NCBI GenBank assembly: GCA_026936335.1
Contig: JAPMXV010000071.1
Location: forward strand, 186,001-250,000
Length of the DNA stretch: 64,000 nt
From: Mantamonas sphyraenae STR306
Taxonomy: Eukaryota > Protista > CRuMs
Direction: 5' to 3'
Part shown: positions 1-11,685 of the stretch, one piece after another
Numbering within the stretch: the first letter of the stretch is position 1
How the letters are laid out: each line of letters starts with the position of its first letter
Translations under genes and position numbers: made by a program
Notes under the pieces: model-generated
The model's database searches: none
The model's input: only the letters and a program-made list of their open reading frames with translations
Told to the model about the DNA's origin: nothing

Positions 1-4
1 AATC

Positions 5-2221
5 ATGCGCAACTACTACCTGATGTACGAGTGGATTGGCGAGGCGGCGCGTGGTCACACGGCCGAGTCGCAGTATGGATCGGGTGTGAAGGATCTGTCG
101 CAGGTATTGTCGCGCTTCCGAAGCGATTGGTGGCAACATATCCAGCACGAGTTGGCTGTGATTGTGCAGGCGCCAAACCTGGCACAGTTCCAGGAGGACG
201 ACTTTGTCACCGTGTTCCACGCCATCAATCGCTTCCGCACCATTGGCGAACAGTTCAGTGGCAGCGACAGCAGCGTGTTGCAAGAGGCCATCCGGGCAAA
301 GGCAGCCTCGTACTTTGCCGACTTTCACACGCAGCGCCTGGAGGACGCACGTGCCATGCTGGCCAGCGAGATGTGGCACGCCATGCCCATGCCTGCTGGG
401 TGGGAGCTGAGTGACGTCAAGGAGCTCAAGCCCTTTGTGGTGCCGCAGCGCACGCGACGCACGCGCAACGCCTTTGCCACCTCCTTCATGTCCAACTTTG
501 AGACGTCGCCCAGTGCGTCGCCATCACGCAGCGCAGGTTCACCGGCGTCGATGGACACAGACATGCAACTGGACGGCAACGGTGGCTTGAGTGCAGCGGA
601 CCAGGCGGCACAGGATGTGGAAGGGATGGCAAAGCTGTTTGCACGCGACCACAACCCATTTGAGACCTCTTTGGTGGGCGACGACAGTACAGTGGACGCG
701 CAGGATGCCTTGGACGGCAGCGAAGGCGATGCTACGTCGGATGCGCTGGATGAGACCAGCGGGAGTGCGGCGGAGGACGAAGACGACATCAACACGGAAC
801 TGCTGGCCGACTTTATCGACGAAGAGGCTGAGGCTGGTAAGGGGTCGTCGGGGCGAGGAGGTGGTGCTGGTGGAAGCATGTCATCTTCGTCGTCGAGCAA
901 GAGGAACGATGACGACGGAATGCAGTTTGACGAGTCCGGCGGCGAGGGGCCCATTGTGACGGCGACGACGATCAACATGCTGCGATTTGTGGGCAAGTAT
1001 ATCCACATGATGGAGATCCTGCAACCTGTGGCTGAGGAGGTGTTTACGAGCCTGGGTCAGCTGTTTGACATGTACCTGTTCACGGTGTTTCGCATCTTTG
1101 CACGCAGTGGTACGGGCGACGGCGCAGACACAGGCGACGGCGGCTCGGGCGATGCATCTAACGACGAATCCGGGTCTGGGTCCGGGTCGGGAGGGGCGTA
1201 TGGCGAGCTGCTTTCGCTGGCGCCGCTGTCGCCAGAACTGCGTGCCACACTGACGCGTGTGCGCGACCAGAGCTTCCGCCAGCGTGTGGATGATTCGTTT
1301 TCGCCCCTCAACGACGAGCTGGGAGACGAGGGCACGCTGTACGGCCTGTCGTTCCGCGTGACAGCTACGGAATCGCTGAACTTTCTGGTGGACGTGTTTC
1401 ACAGTGTGCAACCCGCGCTGGAGGCGCGACTGCCGGCGGGTGAGGAGAACGTGGAGCTGCAACGGCTGCAACAGACAATGGGACTGGTGCCGGAGCTGCG
1501 GGAGCTGATTTACAGCACGGCAACAGCGGGATACTTGCAGCTGGAACCGCTGGTGCAGATGATTGCCAATGTCAACTTTAACATCAAAGAGCTGGACAGT
1601 GAGAGCTCGTACGTGGCACCGACGGTGCGGCAGCTGGGTGAGGTGAACACCAAGCTGGCAGCGCAGCTGATTGGGTTCAAGGCAAGCATCAAGGGCCTGA
1701 TTTGGGAGCACGTGTGCATGCACTTGATGCAAAACGTGCTGGAGGGCTTTGGACGTGTGAAAAAGTGCACCAACGAGGGTCGTGCGCTGATGTCGCTCGA
1801 TTTTCAGACGATTTGTGCGGCGGTGCAGAAGTATGTGGAGAAGCGACCGTTGCCCGGGGCACCGCTTGTGGACGACTACATCAAGGGGTACTACCAGCCG
1901 GAGGAGCAAGTGTTTCTGTGGTGCAAAGAGCACAGTACCGTGTACACGCTGCAGCAGCTGACCAACCTTGTACAGTGCGGCGTGGGGCAGCAGATGAAGC
2001 GCAAGGCGCGCAACGACCTCATCAGCGGCGTCCAAGAGGCGTGGAAGGCAGTGAACGACAGGGAAGGGACGCTGCAGAGCAGTGGGTCGTCGGGTGGGAG
2101 CAGCAGCAGTGGAGGAGGCAGTGGATCGTCAAGCAGCGGAGGCGGTGCCGCAGGGGCGAGCACGCGTGCAGCGCGAAGGATGATGGACGGCGTGCAGAGG
2201 TTGGGAGGAGGAGGAAGGTGA
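5..2221 (+). CDS. VPS50: Syndetin/VPS50 (EARP complex subunit), 5'-partial
   Basis: C-terminal motif LEGFGRVKKCTNEGRALMSLDFQ...VDDYIKGYY, plus YF.DFH..RLE.....L..E.W, typical of VPS50/CCDC132; the ORF runs to the window edge. Confidence 0.88.
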   Translation: MRNYYLMYEWIGEAARGHTAESQYGSGVKDLSQVLSRFRSDWWQHIQHELAVIVQAPNLAQFQEDDFVTVFHAINRFRTIGEQFSGSDSSVLQEAIRAKAASYFADFHTQRLEDARAMLASEMWHAMPMPAGWELSDVKELKPFVVPQRTRRTRNAFATSFMSNFETSPSASPSRSAGSPASMDTDMQLDGNGGLSAADQAAQDVEGMAKLFARDHNPFETSLVGDDSTVDAQDALDGSEGDATSDALDETSGSAAEDEDDINTELLADFIDEEAEAGKGSSGRGGGAGGSMSSSSSSKRNDDDGMQFDESGGEGPIVTATTINMLRFVGKYIHMMEILQPVAEEVFTSLGQLFDMYLFTVFRIFARSGTGDGADTGDGGSGDASNDESGSGSGSGGAYGELLSLAPLSPELRATLTRVRDQSFRQRVDDSFSPLNDELGDEGTLYGLSFRVTATESLNFLVDVFHSVQPALEARLPAGEENVELQRLQQTMGLVPELRELIYSTATAGYLQLEPLVQMIANVNFNIKELDSESSYVAPTVRQLGEVNTKLAAQLIGFKASIKGLIWEHVCMHLMQNVLEGFGRVKKCTNEGRALMSLDFQTICAAVQKYVEKRPLPGAPLVDDYIKGYYQPEEQVFLWCKEHSTVYTLQQLTNLVQCGVGQQMKRKARNDLISGVQEAWKAVNDREGTLQSSGSSGGSSSSGGGSGSSSSGGGAAGASTRAARRMMDGVQRLGGGGR

Positions 2222-2440
2222 GAGGGAAATGGGGAAGGGGAAATTGAGGTGCACGCGGTGGGGAGGGGAAGGAAGGGGAACAGGGAGAGAGGAAAATGGA
2301 GATGGATGCCTGGTCTTTGGGACATCATCACACTCATGCACAGTCTCGTGTGTCGGAGAGCATTCGTATGGCTGTGCAGGGTGTCTTGCTCGTGGCGGAC
2401 AACCATGTCCACGCTGTGGATGCCAACCAAAAAGGATTCC

Positions 2441-4403
2441 ATGTCGCAGAGTGAAAGCATCACGTATCCGACGGACCCAGAGAGCTACGAGCAGCTGGAG
2501 GAGATTGCACGTGGCACGTCTGGGCGTGTGTACAAGATGCGTGTGCTCACGCTGGAGCACAAGCCGCTGGTGGCGGTGAAGCGGATCGACCTGGAGGTGA
2601 CGGCCGCGGTGGAGGACGTGCAGAAGGAGGTGTCTGTGATGAAGCTGTTCAACCATGGCAACGTGGTGCAGTGCTTGGCCTCCTTTGTCAACGAGACGGA
2701 GCTGTGGGTGGTCATGCCCTACTTTGGCGCAGGTAGGTGAAACGGAGTGAGCGTCGCGAGGAAACGCGGGAGGGGATTGGCACACACACACACTTGCCAC
2801 GCGCACACAGGCCGGAGGAGGAGTGGACGGGTTTGAACAGAGGTGCCATGGGATGGATGAGGCGTATGCTGACACGTGCGTGCGTGTGTGTGTGTGCGTA
2901 GGGTCTGCATTCCATCTGCTCAAGTCACACTTTAGGACGGGGTTTGACGAGCAGACGTGTGCCACCATTCTGAAGCAGGTGCTGCAGGGGCTGCAGTACC
3001 TGCACGAGAACAACCTGATTCACCGAGACATCAAGGCAGGCAACGTGTTGATTGGAGACGACGGCACGGTGGCCATTACAGACTTTGGAGTGAGTGCAGC
3101 GTTGGGAGGGGCGTACGGAAACGACAAACGAGCGCAAACGGTGATCGGCTCGCGCTGCTGGATGGCACCGGAGGTGTTTTCGGGCGAATCCACAGGGTAC
3201 GACAACAAAGTGGACATTTGGTCGCTGGGCATGACGGCACTGGAACTGGCACATGGCAAGCCGCCGCTGGCAAACTATCCGCCCATCAAGTTGGAGCGGT
3301 TGATTGTGAGCAACCCACCGCCGGTGCTGGAGAACCCCACGGACGGGCGCAAGTTTAGTGACTCGTTCAAGAACTTTGTGAAGCGGTGTCTGTGCAAGGA
3401 TCCCACGGAACGTATGAGTGCCACGGAGCTGCTGGAGAAGAATGGCAAGTTCTTCAAGAAGGCCAAGGACGCACAGTGGCTGGTGGAGAACCTGGTGCAG
3501 GTGGCCAAGGGAGGAACCGGTGGTGGTGGTGCTTCAGGAAGCAGCAGCAGCAGCAGTGGTGGTGTGGGTGCGGGTGCGGGTGCGGGTGGTGATGTCTCCT
3601 CGTCAGGGGAGGAAGGGGCCGGTGAGATGCTTGGGAGCAGGACCGAGTTTGGAGTTGCAGGCGGAAGAGGAGGCAATGGCAAACAAAGAGAGGAAGAACA
3701 GTGGGACAGAATCGGGTGTGGACGAGGAGGATACATACTGGGATTTGGACGACGACGACGACGACGGGGCCAAGGACAGCAAAGGAGGCGCGGGTGGTGC
3801 AAGTAGCGCAGCAGCCGGTGACACCACAGGGAGCAACGGTGGTGGAAATGGCAGCAGCAACAACACAGCCGCCGCCTCCACAGCAGCAGCAGCAGCAACG
3901 CCAAACGAACCCAAGATTCACCGCGGGGCAAAGCGCACGTTTATCCACAACCGAGTGAGTGAAAGCGAAGAGGAAGAAGCGGAGAAGGGCAGCAGCAGTG
4001 CAGCAGCAAACAACAACAGCGCAGGTACGACGGCAACGACAGCCACAAGCACAACGACAGCGAACAACAACAAACCATCCACGCAGCAGACACAGGCACA
4101 GACACAGGGGCGGCGGCGGCGGCGGCGGGAGGAGGAGACATGAGTGTGTTGGAGGGGAACATCAACGAACTGGCGCAGCAGAGCAAGTTGTTGAAGAAGT
4201 ATGCGACCAAGGTGAGGAGTGAGAACGACGTGATCCTGCAGGCGGGCCTGTTGGAGAAGATTCCGCAGGAGGCCGGGGAGTCGCTTGCGTTGGTGCTTGC
4301 GTTGCAGCAGGTGATTGGTCACTCGTTGGATTTGATCAATGAGAACCTGGAGCTGACGGTGAAGAATCAGGAGTTGAAGAGTGCATTGGAGAATGCGCAA
4401 TGA
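2441..4403 (+). CDS. STE20-family Ser/Thr kinase, OXSR1/SPAK-like, with low-complexity and coiled-coil tail
   Basis: Kinase motifs VAVKRIDLE, HRDIKAGN, DFG, WMAPE, DIWSLG; intron 2733-2901 (gtaggt..cgtag) joins in frame; the tail needs two frame changes (~3610-3640 and ~4107). Confidence 0.8.
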
Positions 4404-4543
4404 AGTGCAGAAGAGAGAATCGTCCAGCACGCCGAACAGACGCCGGTCGATGCAACAATTGTTTCCCCACACAGTCCCCCCTCCCCCCCCCTTTTGTACA
4501 TCCAAGACACCCCAATCAATCGAGAAAAGAGGGAAAACCAATC

Positions 4544-7500
4544 ATGTCATCGTCATCGGAGGCAGCGGGAAGCGGGGGCGGGAAACGGCGCGGCGGAAAG
4601 AAACCGTCGCACCACGGCCCACCGAGCATCAACATTGGCAACGTGAGTGTGCTAAAGTACAACAAAGATGAATGGAAGAGGGTGCCACTGCCTGCGGGCA
4701 CATATGTAAAGAACCACCAGGACGCGCTGGTGATGCTGGCCGGCTGGGTGCGGGATCACGAAAAGAAGGCCAACACACGACACACGGAGATCATGAACCG
4801 ACTGGACACCCTGGATATGAAGACGGCAGCCAACAAAGAGACGCTGGATGAGATGCAGCGGCAACACGAACACTTTGTTGGGCGTGTGGAGGCCAAGTTG
4901 GAGGTGAGCGGTGACCGTTTGAAGCGCGGCAACCGGTTCCGGAGAGTTGGAAGGAAGGCTGACACGCACACATACACACACACACAACCAGATGCTGGAG
5001 GACTCGATGCAGAAGCAAATCGACGGGTTGGACCACAAGGTGGATTCACAGCTTGCGCAGCTGCAGAGCATGACGGACGAGGAACTGGAGGCGGCCGGGG
5101 AACGGCTTGCAGCGCTGGAGGATCGTGCGGGGCCGGTTTGAACGGACGCAGGCGGACGTGGTGCCACGTGTGCACACTGTGGTGGAGCGTGTGGACGCAC
5201 AGAAGGAACGGCAAGAGGAACTGACGGCCAAACTGATGTCGGTGAACCAAAAGGTGGACAAAGCGCGGACGGTGCTGGATCGTTGGGAGAGCAAGATGGG
5301 CAGCGGCGACGACAACTTTATTGTGAAAACGGTGCAAAAGAGCACGAGTCGATCGTTGCAGGAGCTAAAGATGTACGTGGACGACCGGTTGCGTAACATC
5401 AAGCTGGCAACGGGAGCGGGTGGGTTGCCGGAGGAGATGGACGGCGTCGATGCGTTGTCCCTGGCAGGTGGGGCGGTGTCGGGCAAGTTGCAGGAACACC
5501 TGGAGGCAATACGGGCACAAGCCATGCAGGGGATCAACACGGCGGAGCAGGTGCAGCGTGCGCTGGACGAGTACATGGAACGGCAGGCGTTGGTGGTGGT
5601 GGAGGTGCGACACAAGATCAAGGAGAGCACGGGGACGTTGGGCAAAGAGTTGCGTGAGCGGATTCGTGAGACGCGTGACAACGTGGCACACGTGGAGGAG
5701 ATGGTGATGGAGTCGCAGGGGGTCATTGGGGAGAAGTTGCGGGAGACGGCAGAGTTGTACGCCGAAATCATGCGTGCGCGCAAGTATGACCAGATCGAAC
5801 GGTCTGGAGTGAATGTGGCGCAGTTGCACAGTCTGCAATCGCGTCTGGAGGTGGAGGAGAACGATCGCATCGCGCAGACGACGGCGATCACACACGCGTT
5901 GGGCGAGGTCATGAGTGTGGTGAACGAGTTGTCGGCCAACGTGAAGCACAAGGCCAGTCGCAACGATGTCAACACGCTGTTGGCTCGACTCAAGGCCATG
6001 GGCAAGAAGGTGGACATGGACATCGAGTTGCGTGAGGCGGAAGCAGAGGCCACGCAGGCACACGTGGTGAACGTCAAACGAGTGGACAGCGCACGGTCGT
6101 TGCACCATGCACGCAAACGCATGCTCAGCAGTGGCACATACTCGCCACGGCGCGGGGCACGGCCGCATTCGGCGTATGCCGGATTGGGATCGTTGTCACA
6201 TCACCATCCGCAGCAATTTCATGCCGAAGCAGGAGCAGCTGGTGGTGGTGGTTATGGTGCTGGTGCCGGTGCTGGTGACGTGTCTTCGTGGGGCATGGGA
6301 TCGGGCCCCATTGAGGATCTGGACGACTACATGCAGGTGTTGTCGCAGGAACGGCCAGTGAGCGCACGGCCGATGTCCGCACGTTCGTTTCCGTACTACA
6401 TGGTGGAAGACGGCGGTGGCGATGGTGGTGGTGGTGGAGGAGGAGGAGGAGGAGGAAGGGGAGAGGGTGAAGAGGGAGGGCAGGGACAGGCGTCGGGGGC
6501 CGGTGCTGGGTTGGGTGGACAGGCGTCGGATGCGTGGACACCGCGTGGCCGTGGGCCCACAAGCTATTATGTGGTGACGGGAGGGAAGCAACAGCAGCAG
6601 CAACGTGGCACAGTGGTGGCAGCAGCACCACCCAAGGCCACTCGTCCAACACGACCCAACACGGCACACGTGTCCGGTGCACGACGAAGGGCGGTGGAAG
6701 AAGGAGCACGAGACGGGACAGGAGGACGCGATCAGAACGACGGGAGTGGGTCGCAGGAAGGCCCAGCACAGCATGGGACGCAGTCACACGGGCTGGGCGA
6801 TGTGCCAGTGGCGGATAGGAGGCGACGACGTCCGCAGACGGCGGCGCCCAGGAGGAACGAGAGACATGTGGAGGTGGTGATGCCATCGAATGACGGCAGC
6901 AAGCCGTTTGTGCGACCCAAGAGTGCGGCAGGGGACGCGAGGGTGACGGTGCAGGTGCGTGAGTTGGGGCGGGTGAAGGAGCAGCTGCAGGATCAGGGTG
7001 CGTTTCTGTTGTACGCAGAGGATGAGGAGGATGAGGATGAGGACCGAATGGGAGCCACGAGGGATGATGGGCAGAATGGGAACGATGATGATGATGATGA
7101 TGATGATGACGATGATGATGCGTTTGAGCGCGCCGTAGCACAGGCAGAGTCGCATGCACGCAAGCACGGACGCATGGATGCACATGTGCCGAATCTGGAC
7201 GAGGCACGGGCCAGGCAGGAGGAGAGGGAACGACAGGAGAGGGAGCTGGAGGAGCTGGAGGAGATGGAGAAGAAGGAGGAGGAGGAGAGGAGGCGAGTGG
7301 AGGAGGAGCTACTGTTGCAACAACAGGAGGAAGAGGAACAGAGGGAACAGCAGATGAGGCATCAGCAGTGGCAACAGAGACAACAGTTGAAGCGGCCTCC
7401 GAGCAGCACACAGAGTGGACGGGCCACGTCGTCGGCCAAGGTGGTGCGTGGCAACTATCTGCCAAAGTCGGGTGCCTCGGCAGCCATGACCAATCGACAG

Positions 7501-7623
7501 GAGTACATCACTCAATTTGCACGGTTTGATCAGGACCGTGTGTGGGGCTCGCATGACCAGCAGGATTCAGAGGGGTTGATGATTTTTGGGCAGCGGTCGA
7601 GTGGGAGCAGCGGCAGTGGATGA
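4544..7623 (+). CDS. Uncharacterised long coiled-coil / low-complexity protein
   Basis: Exon 4544-4903, intron 4904-4991 (gtgagc..cag), then a 1-nt frameshift at a G run near 5130 into the 838-aa ORF; heptad-rich N-half and repeated RPxS/TA motifs. Confidence 0.55.
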
Positions 7624-7807
7624 TGATGAAGAGGAGGAGGAGGAAGAGGAAGAGGAGGAAGAGGAGGAGGAGGAGTTGAACAAGAAAGGGCAATGAAATG
7701 GGCAAATACCCAATGGACCCCATGTGGGAATGCGCGCGCGCGAGGGCGGGGCAAACTATTTTTGGCGTGCTCAGAGAGGAGAGAGGGGGTTTGGAGCTGA
7801 GCAGACC

Positions 7808-8593
7808 ATGGCATTGGAATCAAAGGTGCTGTACCGGTACATGGTGTTCAACATGGTGTGGACCCAGGCACACTTTGTGGTGTTGTGGTTCACCAACACC
7901 ATCACCTGGTGGTTGCTGCTCCTGGGGACTCTGGGACCGTTGTTGGGCACACCATCGGCATTCAACCTGGAGCGAAAGGGCATGCGATGGGTCTATGCCA
8001 TTGTGCCATTCGGATACGCATCTTACCTGCTGGTGTTCATGCAAAGTTCGTGGGATGAACTTGCCACGTTTGCCTTTGCCCTCTCCATGGGCTTCCATTG
8101 GTTCATCATTTACGGACTGGTGCTGTACCGTGACAACTACTGGTCTGCCCTGTGGCACGGGTGCAAGCTTGCGTTTGAGCAGGTGGACTTCACCTCGGAC
8201 CTGCTGGTGTGCATCATCGTCTTTCGCAGCGGACAAACCCTGTTGGGTGGTTTGCTCGTCGTCTTTGTCTCCCTCGAGGGGCTCATGCTTCAGGTTTGCA
8301 TGGCCAACGAGAAGCGATCCATGGTTCAGGAGTACGCGGCACATATTTGCAGCGAAGTGCCGATTTTGGTGATTACCCTGGTCGCGCTGCCCATCACCGA
8401 CATTGTGTTTCTTTCTGTCACAGTCCTTGTGCTTTCGTTGTTCATACGCACCCTGTGGATCCTGTTTCGTATGAACTCTGGCCACGACGTGATGGCTGTG
8501 GAGGCCATCAAGGTGCAGGCTGCTGCTCCAGAGGCCAAAGTCACAAGCACAGAGACAAGCACAGTTGATGCAGCGGCAACGCAGAGCCCTTGA
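7808..8593 (+). CDS. Multi-pass membrane protein of unknown function
   Basis: About 8 hydrophobic segments and host-like codon usage; no motif recognised. Confidence 0.6.
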   Translation: MALESKVLYRYMVFNMVWTQAHFVVLWFTNTITWWLLLLGTLGPLLGTPSAFNLERKGMRWVYAIVPFGYASYLLVFMQSSWDELATFAFALSMGFHWFIIYGLVLYRDNYWSALWHGCKLAFEQVDFTSDLLVCIIVFRSGQTLLGGLLVVFVSLEGLMLQVCMANEKRSMVQEYAAHICSEVPILVITLVALPITDIVFLSVTVLVLSLFIRTLWILFRMNSGHDVMAVEAIKVQAAAPEAKVTSTETSTVDAAATQSP

Positions 8594-8630
8594 TTGGTTG
8601 CATTGCACAATGAAGATGGATCACCATGAG

Positions 8631-8661
<31 letters not shown>

Positions 8662-8711
8662 GGAAACGAACCCACCACCAAAACGCGCGCGGATGCACAC
8701 AAGGGATCACC

Positions 8712-9528
8712 ATGCAAGAGCGCGAGGCGCAAAGAGACGAGGGAGAGGATGGGGATGGCCAGGATGAGGGTTGTTGTGGCTGTTGTGCAGCTGGGTTGGA
8801 GGAGTTGCAGTTCAAAAGCCGAAGCCACAGCAGCGACGAGTGGGCTGTGCTGTGTTGCTTCAACTGCACCCGGTGCACGAGTGTGCTTGTGGCCACGGCG
8901 GTGTTGGTTGTGCTGGGAGTGGAACACACAAAGGTGTTGAAGCATTGCGACGCCCTGCCCCTTCCCTGGTTTGTGCTCGTGGCTGCCATGCTCCTCCTCC
9001 TCTTTTGCTGCCTCCCTGCTGCCATCAAGTCGCCCCTCACCCAGGGCTATCGGTACAGTGCATTGGATGACACCCAACCCAACGCCCAGTTGCCTCCTCC
9101 CGATCGCACCCCTGCCCAGACTGCCATCTGGTGCTGCCTCGTCACCTCCTGGTTTGTCCTCTGCTTCCTCTGCTTCGCATGGGCCGTCACCGGCACCGTG
9201 TTTGTCTCTATCACCCCCACACAGTGTGCTCAGGAGCTACCTCACACCTGGGGCATGGCCATCACCCTCCTCGTCTTTCTGGTACGTCATAAGAGGCGAT
9301 TGTTTCCCCCCCCCCTTGTGTTGTGTTTCCGCAAACTCACACTCAACCCCCCCTAATCCACCACATCTACAGTACATTTGCTGCTGTTGGAGCTGTGTGT
9401 CTGGTTCGGCCGTGCTGTGTGGCACCGCCCAATTTCGACGGAGCGATTGTGTCGCGTGCTGCAACGAACGGTTTGAGGTCAACCTCGGCCCCGCGGAAAA
9501 CTTTGGCGACAATCTGGGGCTTGTGTGA
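8712..9528 (+). CDS. Small Cys-rich ~4-TM membrane protein
   Basis: ATG 8712, intron 9282-9372 (gtacgt..ctacag), hydrophobic helices with Cys clusters. Confidence 0.5.
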
Positions 9529-9602
9529 TCGTCATTGCGGGAGTGGGGAATGGATTGCCATCAAGAAGGATCCAATCAAATGCCTCTTTTGTTCAGATAT
9601 CT

Positions 9603-10588
9603 TCACGTGGATGCCTTCATCTCCTTCACAAGCGCATTGGCCGTTTCCAGCTTGGCGATCAAGGCGTCCAGTCGCTCTGCGTTCAATTCGTACTGCACCT
9701 TGCTCTGCAATGTAAATGAATGGTGGATGATGGGTGTGTTGAGGGTGTGAGTGAGCGTCTTGATGAAAAGCCAGAGCAAAGGGAGACGAGACGTACCACG
9801 TTGTCGTTGCAGTCCTGCACATCCAGGTTCAGGAGGAGCACGGGCTCACGCAAATCACTCAGCTTGCTTGTGCCCATGCGCATCTGCGTGTGTGTGTGTG
9901 TGCGTGTGTGTGAGTGTGTGAGTGTGTGTCCCCAAGCAAAAGGCGGCCCTCCAGGTATCCAGGTATCCAAGGCAAGCACAACTCACGTGCAACTTCCAGT
10001 CGAAATCCTTCAACTGGGCATGTGAGATGCCAGCTGTACCCTTCACCAATGCCTCCTTGATCTCCTGCGTCCTGGCCACCACCAATTCAGCCACTGCCTT
10101 GCTGTACTTGTCGTCCAGGCCTGCCGTTTGCAAATCCTCCAACACCTGGCACACACACCCACGTCGTCAGCGTCTCCCTATGGCTTTCACACACCTCCCA
10201 TCGTGTCACCCCCTTCCCTCCCTCCCCCCCAACCATCCCATCCTTGGGTTAGTGTCCTTCTGCGTCACCCACTCACCTGTTCCGGCCCCAAGGCCAGGCG
10301 CACGCTCTGTGCTGCAAATGTTCCCAGCGCCTCTGCCAGTTTCTCCATATCCAACAGGGCCTGTGTGTCTACAGTGCCACCATACGTGGCAAACATGGAC
10401 TTGCTACGTCCACACAGCGAATCCAGCACCTGGTTCACCACCCCTGCTGCGTCCACGCCCTCTGGCAGCGACGCAAGCCCTCCCAGCGTTTCAAACGCCC
10501 CATCCAACTTGGCATCGCCTCCACACGCGTGGAACTTGCCCTGCGACCCCTCTTGTGACTCTCCTGTTGAAGACGAAGACGATGACAT
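9603..10588 (-). CDS. COMMD8: COMM-domain protein, most like COMMD8 (4 exons)
   Basis: Spliced product contains LKDFDWKLH/MRMGTSKLSDLREPVLLLNLDV...YELNAERLDALIAKLETAN, the COMM domain consensus; three GT-AG introns. Confidence 0.72.
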
Positions 10589-11214
10589 GTGCTCGTGAAC
10601 AAGAGAGGCTTACAATTTCTGCTGGGTGCTCGCTCGCACGAGTGTCTCTCCTTCCATTCACTTTCACTCTCTCCTCGCTGCTTGTCACTCTCTCGCTCTC
10701 TGTCTCTCCTCTCATCCTGCTTGAATTACATGGGTTGATCATCCCCGACGTAAAACGGGATCACTGCCTTGAAGAAGGACGGCCTGAAGGACGGTTGCGA
10801 GTCGGCCTCTCCGTGTCAGCGTCAGGTACACCCAAATTGGTCCACACGTACCCCACCCTCCCATCTGTTGCAACCCTCCCACTCTCCTCTCGTAGTAGAG
10901 ACACCAGACACACACACACACACCCACACACACACTCGTGTCGGCAATGGAGGGTAATCTGCACACACATACCTTGGGTTGAAGCTGTACACCGCATACG
11001 TGACGTGTGGGGGGGTTAAGGCACAAACAACCAGTGGAAAGTAGGCCCCACGGACCAACACATGCTCTGGGACACTGTGGCAAGGGTGGCATGCACTCGG
11101 GTGGAAACGTGGGCGGCGTTGCTGTGCATGGGAAATCAGCCGGAAAGGCGCTGGAGGACGGTGGCAAACGAGTCCGCGGGCACCCCTCACGCATGCAGAC
11201 AAAGGCAATGGGCA

Positions 11215-11622
11215 TCACGAACATGGGCAAAAAAGGGATGAATCGTCATTGTGATCATCAATGTAAAAGGATATCAAAAGCGGGAGGGCGGTGTAGTAAA
11301 GGTAGGGCCAGAGCTTGTCGAGACCCCAGCGCACCCAGTCGAGACTCTTTTCGGCGTACAACAGGGCCACGTTCTTGTCTTCATCGGCCTCCTTGCTTCC
11401 CTTCTTTCCCTTCTTCTTCTTCTTCTTCTTCTTGTCCCCATTGCTGCTGCTGTTGTCGTCGTTCGCCGTGGTGGTGGTGGTGGTGGTGGCAAGGATCACC
11501 TCCTTGCTCTCGCTGGCGTCCGTCACCTCCACAGCCTCCACCTCCTCTTCCACCACACGCTCTTCACTCTTGGGGTTGCTGCTGTTGCTCTTGTTCGACG
11601 GGCTGCTTTCTGTCACGGCCAT
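11215..11622 (-). CDS. Small single-TM protein, possibly TOM7-like with an acidic/basic N-terminal extension
   Basis: DWVRWGLDKLWPYLYYTALPLLISF...P resembles the Tom7 TM region; weak, by eye only. Confidence 0.35.
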   Translation of the reverse strand: MAVTESSPSNKSNSSNPKSEERVVEEEVEAVEVTDASESKEVILATTTTTTTANDDNSSSNGDKKKKKKKKGKKGSKEADEDKNVALLYAEKSLDWVRWGLDKLWPYLYYTALPLLISFYIDDHNDDSSLFCPCS

Positions 11623-11685
11623 GTTGTGTGTGTGTTGTCTGTGTGTGTGGGTGTGGGTCGAGCTGGGTCCACCCACGCAACAGCA

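Noticed and set aside
10725-10780. SECIS element or selenoprotein start (ATG GGT TGA)
   Set aside because: The frame closes at TAA within a few codons, and the SECIS core spacing does not fit.
10975-11060. Telomerase RNA template or RNase MRP/P conserved regions
   Set aside because: Only partial matches (CTTAACCC, GGGGCCTA) are present, with no partner CR-I motif; the evidence is insufficient.
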